From Geosiphon pyriformis uo1 (taxonomy: Eukaryota; Fungi; Glomeromycota): a DNA stretch of 64,000 nucleotides. The position numbers were made by a program, and so were the translations under genes. The notes below the pieces were generated by a model. That model worked only from the letters and a program-made list of their open reading frames with translations, was not told the DNA's origin and made no database searches. Of the stretch, positions 55,401 through 64,000 are shown one piece after another. Numbering within the stretch: the stretch's first letter is position 1; each line of letters begins with the position of its first letter. The stretch spans positions 1 to 64,000 of the forward strand of contig JAAOMT010000289.1 of assembly GCA_016748015.1 (NCBI GenBank), given 5' to 3'.

Positions 55401-56920
55401 TGCTAATATGGTGTTCTCTAAAATTTGGTATAGCAAGTATAATTGTTTCAGGAACAAACAATCTTCAAAATTCTTCAAATTAGAGTTACTTATTGCTAAG
55501 ATTATGAAATATTGGAATTCTGGTGATCTTCTGAACTTTGACTGCCTTGTAAAAGTCTGGTCAGATATTAATGAGATCAAAACATCCATAATTGTTGGCA
55601 TAATATTGGATAGTACAAGCTTAAGATTAATGAAATTATAGAAGGGTAAACAAGAAAGCATTCAGTACTTCCAAAAATGCCTGACCTTTGGTCTCAACAA
55701 TATATGCCTCTGGATTATATGGATGATAATATTTTCTCTGGTGTAATAAAAAAGATTGGTATGGTGGAATTGTTTTTGGTTATTGAAGACTTGCTAAATG
55801 ATAAAGCAGCTGGGTTGTCTAAAATACCTAATGAACTTTGGAAACATTATAATAAAGAGGTATTGGCTTGTCTTTTAAAACTACTAAATTTGTGTTTGAG
55901 TTTGGACATGATTCCAGCTGCCTGAAAAAAAGCATGGGTTTTAATGATCCTAAAATTTTATAAATGAAATAGTGTTTTGACAAATACTAGGCCTATCACA
56001 TTAATCAATACTGCATATAAAATTTTATCTAAGATTCTTTCCAATTGGATATTTTTGGCTTGTAGCAAATTTAATATTCTTTGTGGTAATAATTTTTCAG
56101 TGTTGAAAGGTATTTCTACTCAGTCTCCTATTTTTACAATTGGATCTGTTGTTGAGAATGTTCTAAAAAAGAATAGAGAACTTTGGTTGGTACTGCAAGA
56201 TATGTGCAAAGCTTATGATTTGGTAGGCTGGTATTACTTGAAGACAAGCTTACATCACATCAAAATGTGTAAATAGTTCATCCAGTTTTTTGGCAATATT
56301 CATGAAAGTAGAATTAACAGAGTAATAACTGACTTTGGGCTCTCAAAAGATTATAGAGTACATGATAAGTTGGATTAGGAGGAGGTCTTTTCTTTGTTCT
56401 TTTGGAAAATTTTTTATGATTTGCTTTTGTGTAAGATGAAGAGACATAAGCATTTGTGCAGATACAGGATAGATACTAAGTTTGTGGCAAAGTTTGGCAA
56501 GATTGAGGCAGTTAGAGGAAAAACTTTTTTTTTGGTTGCTAATGCCTTTGTAAATGATATAATTTGGGTCAGGAGCTGTTAGGCTTCTACACAGTATATT
56601 TTGAACATTGTTAGTGAGTTTTTTGAGGTCAATGACATTTCAATTAATAATGATAAAATGGTGGCTATTTTTATCAATCAAAGTGTTAAAAATGCTTTAC
56701 TGTTAATCAATGGTTTCCCAATTTTGATTGCTAAAAAGAGTGAGTTACACCAATATCTGGGTATCTTTTTATTAATTGGGGGTCTCTTTAAACCTAGTTT
56801 GGCTCAAGTTTATAAAAATGTCAGGTTTTTTATTAATGTAGTATTGAGGAAGGCTATTACAGATAAACAATTTTGTTACTTGGTTTTGGCTGTCTTACAG
56901 CCTATTGTTAGCTTTTACAT
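52472..56920 (+). mobile_element. Non-LTR retrotransposon LINE-3, interrupted by gypsy element C, with an internal deletion near 55625
   Basis: Same 5' end as the other LINEs; ORF1, APE GGDFN, RT TNTRPITL, LQDMCKAYD, AFVND. Homology stops abruptly at 56920, where the LTR begins. Confidence 0.88.
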
Positions 56921-58345
56921 TGTTACAAGTGATTATTTGGGGTTTTAAATCAAATAACAAACTCATAACTTGGTACTTGATAACTGATATGATTGGTATT
57001 ATCTGAAAATTTTAGTGATTTAAAGGTTTTGGTTGAGTTTTTTGTATAATGAACAGAGATTCAATGATATGCAAGTTTTTTGTGATGAGTTTCCCAATTT
57101 TTTTCTTCAGCTTGGTGGCCAGTTTATTCTGACAGTTATGCTTTTCTGGTAAGTTATCCAATTTTTACTCTGTACTATTTTATTTGAGTCTTTTACCAGG
57201 CTATTTGTGACATCAATAACTTAATACTTAATCTTTAATCAATTAGTAAACAACAAAAAAAAAACAAAAAAAATTTAAAGAAAATAAAATGTAAGCCAAG
57301 GCAATGAAACATTAGTATTCTATCAATAGCTATTGTTATAAGTAAACTTGGTAAAATAGGGAAATAGTAATGTTTGGTGTTCTTAAATATTGGTAATGTG
57401 TGTTTTACGTAATTCCAGTGGCTTACTCTTTAATTATCAGTTTCTGAAGATCTTATTTTACTGGTTGTGAATTTACTCATTAAGTTTTTTGATTATAAGG
57501 CACAGAGTTTTGGTTCTCGCTAATTGCAATTTCTTATAAAGGTGAGCTTTCTTCTCCAAGCTAATAAGCACAGTTATTAGGGTCTGGTGTTGTCTTTTTG
57601 CTCTTTTAATAAGCTATCAAAATAATGTTAATATCTAAACACCTAGAAAGAGCTTCCTTCTTTTACCAGGTTATCACAAAGTCTATTCCCAGATAGTCGA
57701 TTTTACTATATTGTTACTCCACAAGAGAAAAATAAAGAAAAATAAAGAAAATAAAGAAAAAAAAAGATAAATTAGTATTGTCAATTGTTATAATCAAGAG
57801 TGATTGGTCCAAATTGTGGTGGTTATATTAAAAGCATCTGTCTTGGAACAAAGATACAAAACAATAGTTAATTCACATAAATTCCACAAAATTTGAGAAC
57901 ATAAATTTGTGATTTTGATTTCTTAATAATTGATTTATTTCAGAAAATGAATATAGAATATAATAAATGATAAAGAAGTATAAATATTTGATTCTTGTCT
58001 AATGGTTTGTATCTAGATATCTTTCTACTTTCCTCAATTACTTGTTTTTATACATTTTTTTGATTTTATAGGATTGTTTTTTGATTGTTCCATTATTATT
58101 AACTATTGTTTTGCTATTTCTGTAATTGTTTTGTTTTTTTATATTAGTACTAATTATCCTATATTATAACACGTTATCTGGTATTATTACATGTTATTCT
58201 GTGTTATCTTATATTATAATGTATTATCCTGCATTATCTTCAATTATAATGTATTATCCAATGTTATTGTGTACTATTCTGTGTTATGTCATGTTTTGGT
58301 CATGTTTCTTCATAACTTTAGATCAGTTTTTCTACTTAGGTAACA
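56921..58345 (-). repeat. 3' LTR of C (~1.4 kb), with a ~10-bp-period ATTATCCTG-like array at ~58150-58290
   Basis: Terminal inverted hexamers and an adjacent PPT. The left ~350 bp are similar to the B LTR. Confidence 0.8.
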
Positions 58346-61300
58346 TTATCCTTTTCTTTTTAGAATTGAGCTTCTGCAAAATTATATGTATCTGTTATTA
58401 TGGTTTTATTCATATAGTGTTTGATGGTTGTATTGAGTATTGTTTTTCATAGGTTTTCAAACTGTTAATTGGTTATTTGTCTTATGTTGTTAACTGTTAT
58501 AGTCTTTATAGATCTATACAACAGTATGTTTGGACAATATTGAAAAGCAATGTATAATTGGTATGCTGCTTTGTAATATAGGGTTAGGTTGCTTTTCTCT
58601 ATGAATTTCTCTACTTGTTGTATTGCTTCTTTGTTAAAAGTTTTCTGGCTAAGATCTCTATATGGTATCTTCAAATCTAGTTGTTTACTAATTTTGTAGA
58701 ACTAATATGCTGGCAGAAGTTTTTTTTTCTATTTCTGAATATTGTCTAATGTTTATTTCTCTGTTTTAGGGAGTTTGGTCCCATGAGTTAAAGCTTTTTT
58801 GATTTTTTTAAGCTTAAGGACTATGTATTTTTTATAAACTTTTTTTATTTCTGGTTCCATCCAAGAGGAAGCTTTTCACCAATTTCCCCTCTCAAGCATT
58901 GAGTAGAAATAAGACCATTTAGTTCTAGTTGAACTTTTGTTCTCTTCTTTTCTGCTCCTATCTTTATATTGTATTTTTTTCTATCAATTGTCACTTCTAT
59001 TTGAACAGAAGATTGTTGAATTGTGTCAAATAGTTGTTTTGAGAGTTGTAGAATTTGATCTGATAAGTCCATGTTGAAAGTTCTATTATTTCTTGCTGTT
59101 TTTCAAATGCTATATATATTTGAATTTCTTAATTTAATTTGCTGCATGTTGTTTATGATATGATAATAATGATTGGTTCCAGATCTTATGGTATATCTTC
59201 TGGTCTGATTAATGAAATTTGTGTTCCTAGTTGAGGTACTGATAATAATGATTTTTGTTTTGCATAATAAATTTTTGACCAATTTCTATGTACTACTTTC
59301 TTTATAATCCTGTTTTTCAATCATAATTTGTAAGCTCTATTGCCTAAAACTTTGTGTATGTGGAATAGATTATTCCACTTTGGGTTAAACTTTCCACTTT
59401 ATTGTTTCTCCACTTTTGTATAATGTAACAGTACTTGGTCTCCAATCTTGAATTCCATTGGTTGTTTAGATAGTCATTTATTATGTCTTTTTTTTTGTTG
59501 TTCCTGAGTATTATTAATATTGTTAGTTGTTGTTTTATGATTATTTTCTAATATTTTTATAAGCTAGTATGTCTTATAGTATAAGGTTACTTCAAAATTC
59601 TCTTTGGTGATAGCTTTTGTTAGGTACAACTGTATTTCTCTTTCAATAGATAGAGTGGCTTTTCTTTTATAAACTAATTTGAATGGTGTGAACTGAGTCA
59701 TATTTTGTTTTAGTGTTTAGTATACAAAGAGTACAGAAGATATGAATAAGTCTCATTCTTGTTTGTTTTCATGACTTATTTTTGCTAATGCTTCACACAG
59801 TGTTCAGTTAAATTGTTCTACCAATCTGTTTGTTTGTGGGTAATATGATGACAATAAAGACTATTTTATTTCAAACTATTGACTTAATTCAGTTAATGTA
59901 TTATTTATGAAATGTGTTTTTTGATCAGATAGCAGTTTTTTTGGGCATCTATGTCTGCAAATCAGCTTTTGGTGTACAAACTCAGCTATTGTTTTTGCAT
60001 TTGCTATTTGGATAGCTCTGACTTCTGGTCATTTTGTCAAATAGTCTATGACTACAGCAATATAATAATTTCCTTTAGATGTTATAAAGAGAAGACCAAC
60101 CAAATTGATCCTAATTCTATCAGATGGATTTCTAATTGGAATGAGTTAAAGTGGTTCTGTTGTTTTGGCTCCTTCTCTTTGCTGGCATAAGTCATAATTA
60201 AGCATGTATTCAAAAATATTTTTGTATATTGTTGGCCAATAGTATAAATTTAGGGTTCTTTTGAGAGTAGCATCTTTGTTAAAGTGTTCTGTGATTGGAT
60301 CAGAATGCATACTGTGTAATATAGTTTCTTTTTCATTGTTTTTGATAACTTGTTGTAAAATGAAATGGTTTTGGCATTCTCATTAATATAGTTAGTTGTC
60401 TTGAATAAAATAATTTCAAACTTGTTTTTATATGGTACTTCATTTCTGTTGAGATAATATCTCCTTAAAACATAGTGTTGATAAGTATTGATGTAATCAG
60501 TGGTAATTGGTTGTGTCCATGGGTCTGGGATTAGGTTTGTGACATCCTTGACAAACTGTCAGCATTGGTGTTTTTGGATTCTTTTTTGTAATAAACTTTG
60601 AGTGAGAATTGTTGCAGATAAGTACTTCATCTTGCATATTTTCTTTCTAGTTGTGGATTGTTGAGTAACCAAATAAGTCTTTTATGATTAATATATAAAT
60701 TAAAAAACAAGCTAAGATAATGTCTCCATGTTTGTATGGCCCAATAAATAATAAGACATTCCAAATTTGTTGTGCTGTAATTTTTTTCTGCTGGGCTAGT
60801 ATTAAAACTGGTGTAGACAATTAGAGTTCTTTATTGTCCAGTCCTATCTGTAATAAGACTGCTCCTAAAGCATTTTTCAAGACATCTGTAGCAACAATGA
60901 ACTGTTTAGTGAAATCTGGGTAAATTAGAATTAAGGATGTGATCAATCACTGCTTGAGATAATCAAATGCTTTCTGTTGGTCTTTTTTCATAGGTATGGC
61001 ATGTATTTGGACAACAAGTGGTAAAGGGGTTTTGTAATAGTTAAAAACCCTTTAATAAATTGGCAGTAGTATCCTGCCAATCTTAAAAATCCTCATAACT
61101 CTTGAAGGTTGATTGGGGCTGGAAAATTTTTAACTTTTTGGATCTTGTCTGGATCAGGTTTGATTTCATCTTTGCCCAATTATGTGTTTTAAAAATTTCA
61201 ACTTGGTTTTCCCAAAGAAACATTTCTTGAAATTAAGTTTTAATCTGGCATTTCGAAGGTGTTCAAAAACTTGTTGAAGGTGCAGCAGATGATTGTCAAA

Positions 61301-62339
61301 TGTTTCAGAGAACACATTTGTGTTGTCTAAATAAACTACAACTGATTTCCAAAGAATTTCTTTGTACACAACATTCATAAGGTGTTGAAACATGGCAGGA
61401 GTATTGTAGAGTCTGAAGAGCATTATATTGAACTCAAAGTTTCTGTCTTGAGTGGTAAATGCCATTTTTTTTTTATCTTTGAGATTTATTTCAACTTGCC
61501 AATATCTGCTGGCTAGGTTTAATGATGAAAACCATTTCTTTTTTTCTAGATTGTTTAGGATTTCTTGATGAGGGAAGTAAGATAACTATCTCCTTAGGTG
61601 ATGCTATTTAATTTTTGGTAATCCATGCAGAATTATATCTTTCTATTTTTTTTGGTGACCAGAACTATTGGGAGGACCAAGGACTTAATAATTCCTTGAT
61701 TAAGCTGTTGTCAAGCATTCATTGGACTTCTTGTTTAATAAGATTGTTGTTAGATGAGAATACTCAATAAGCCCACTGTTTAATAGGTCATGCATCTCCT
61801 ATATTAATTTGATGCTTTACAATGTTGGTACATCTGAACTCATTTTTATTGGCAAAGACATTGGCATATTGATTTAAGAGAATCTTAAGTTGAATTTGCT
61901 GGAGAGTACTCAGGTTTTTCAAGTGTAGTTTGTCAATTTCTTTTGACATGAACAGATAACTTTCTTTTGGCAAGTTCTATACTTGTGAGGTAATATTGCA
62001 AAATAAGGATAGCTGTGTGAAATCTGGAATGGGTTGGAGTTTTTCAGAATGTTGAATATCTGGTGAGGTAGAACCAATAAGAGTTCTTTCAGGAATTTTA
62101 ATTACATTTTCTGTGGAGTTGTGGATAAGAATTTTGAAGTGTTTATGAGCTTTGGCCAGTAGGTATAAATTAGCAACATCAGCTAGAGAACAGATTTCAG
62201 GATTGGCTTCAAATAACAAGGCTTGATCTTGGATCTTTTAATTCACTTTGAGGATATATTGTCAATAAGAGAGGATGGAGATAACTGTATCAGTGTAGAT
62301 AAGTTTTATCTGGTCACTATCTTCTTCTATGAAGTTGAT

Positions 62340-62750
62340 TGGTATATTTCCTCTTCTATTTGATCTAAACCCATTGATTCCTTAGGCCATGAGGCCTAAT
62401 TCTTCTTGAATTGTTACTGGAGTTAATTAGAATATTTTGACTAGAGGTAGAAAGATAGCTTGGACAATTTTTTCTTGTGATTCTATTTTGTAGGGTTTGT
62501 TTGAATTGTTCTATAGCATTATGATGATGTTTTCTGTATAATTAGCATCAATGATTCTTTCTTTTATGTCGATTCTTTTTTTGGTTAAACTAGATTGAAA
62601 GACAATTTGTATCATTGTACTAACAGGAATTTCTAATATTATCTTAAGATCTATTGTTACAAAAAAATGTGGGACTATAACTATAGTTGATTATCTGGAG
62701 TATTATAGATCAAAACCAGCATCAGTGTTATGTGCTCTTTTGGTGCAGAT
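62340..62750 (-). pseudogene. dut: dUTPase domain in pol of C
   Basis: RAHNTDAGFDL, QSSLTKKRI, IIDANYTEN, EKIVQAIFLP, GINGFRS. Confidence 0.88.
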
Positions 62751-64000
62751 TCTTTTCTTGTTGTCACTATACTATTTTAATTCTAATTTTTTGGATAGAT
62801 TGGAATATGCAAGATACTGTTCTGTTTTGGTATCCTCAGTTGGATCTTGAAACAATATGTCCTCAGTGATTAATTCTTTTTCTACCTTAGATTCTAGTAG
62901 TTTGGTGATTAAGTATAATTTTCTTGGAGGCAGGTTGAACATGATATCACATTCGTTACAGTACTGAAAATGGCAAGAGATTAAACAATAATTGCACAGT
63001 TTTATGTTTAGGTCAGCTAGTCTTTGTTCTTGTTCTTCCCTAGTTAATACCAGATTCTGCTTATAGAAGTATTATAGATTGTCCTCAATATTGCCAAAGA
63101 TGTTAAAAGTCATAATATATTCGGGTTTTGGAAGAGATAAGGAGTTGTTTTTAATTTTCAGTAATTTTTTGGTTGTAATACTCTCTGCTTTTACATTCGC
63201 TATTCTCCAAATCTCATGTTCATTGTGAGGATACTCATCCAATTATTGTAATACTCATTTCCAGACATCGTCGATTGGAGTTTCTTTTTGTACCCAATCA
63301 TTAATCAAGATAGTATATTGACATGCTTTGTTACATGTTTTTCTTCTACTGGGAATATTGTTCTATAGTTTTTTATCTGGCAGAATTTCACTACAGACAA
63401 GGCATGATGTATTGTCCCATTTGCTTTATTGTTTTGGTCTGCCAAATTTTTCCAACACACAAGATCTGCAGTAATGTTTAGTAATAGTTGGCCATTTCTT
63501 GTTATCTCTGATACATGTGCTCATAGAAGATAACTTTTTCCCACAGTCAACACAAATTAATTTTGGAGTTTAATATCATTGACTTCCTTGACTTGGGACA
63601 GAATAGCCTGCAGGTGCCGATTGTAGTTCTTTTTTTGTTTTTCTCTTTCTTTTTTCTTTCCAAGTTGGTGGTGGAGATAACTCTGTTTGAAAATTGTCTG
63701 TCTATGAAACTTGATAAGTTTCTATGATTGGTGGTAATGTTGTGTCTTTGAATTCAATTAGCAGTTCCTCAAAGCTTTGGACTTTAAAGTGTCTGCATAT
63801 AGCCAGGACTTGGGCATGTTGTTTATTAAAGATAATCTGTAATTCCTGTGTGTTTCAGTCAAGAGTGATATAGGCTTTAGCCAACCAGTTGTTTCTGATG
63901 AGAGCTTGATATTGCATGGCTTCCATGACCAGGACTTTCATAGAAATTTAGATTTCATTGATTTTGAAGGAGAAGTTATTAATTTCTCTGATTGGAGTTT

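Larger units (their letters stand above)
56921..64000 (-). mobile_element. Ty3/gypsy element C (3' portion; continues beyond the window), decayed
   Basis: 3' LTR 56921-58345 (TGTTAC..GTAACA), PPT 58346-58360, ORF3 ~58346-59072, integrase ~59170-60330, RNase H ~60550-60920, RT YLDN (~61325), dUTPase, Cys-rich region, protease tail at the window end. Confidence 0.9.

Noticed and set aside
58126-58452. Hydrophobic 108-aa ORF resembling a membrane protein
   Set aside because: A by-product of the AT-rich tandem array in the C LTR, antisense to the element.

Overview
Eukaryotic, AT-rich fungal DNA. Short introns and the gene and TE content suggest an early-diverging fungus, probably Glomeromycotina (inference only). 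It has two zones. (1) A CpG-containing gene island at ~540-9900 holds three intron-containing genes: an unusual ~862-aa F-box / C2H2-finger / zinc-alcohol-dehydrogenase (MDR) fusion whose MDR part has altered catalytic and NAD-binding residues, a clear Grr1-type F-box/LRR gene, and a ~12-exon DDX20/Gemin3-like DEAD-box helicase on the minus strand that the ORF track misses. (2) From ~9950 to the end is a ~54-kb nest of decayed retroelements. These are four Ty3/gypsy LTR elements of three families (A1 12466-19459, A2 27026-43234, B 28801-38850 inside A2, C 56921-end) plus an older gag relic into which several of them inserted, and several APE-RT-RNase H LINEs (19716-26985, 45639-52389, 52472-56920, plus relics). 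All TEs show heavy C>T/G>A decay. Best leads: the F-box-ADH fusion; an extra non-env ORF3 at the env position in all three gypsy families; dUTPase and Cys-rich modules in pol; a UUUAAAC -1 frameshift signal; an elongator-tRNA-Met PBS; and conserved LINE signals (5' hairpin, AUGA stop-start overlap, 3' hairpin). All calls come from manual reading; no database searches were run.
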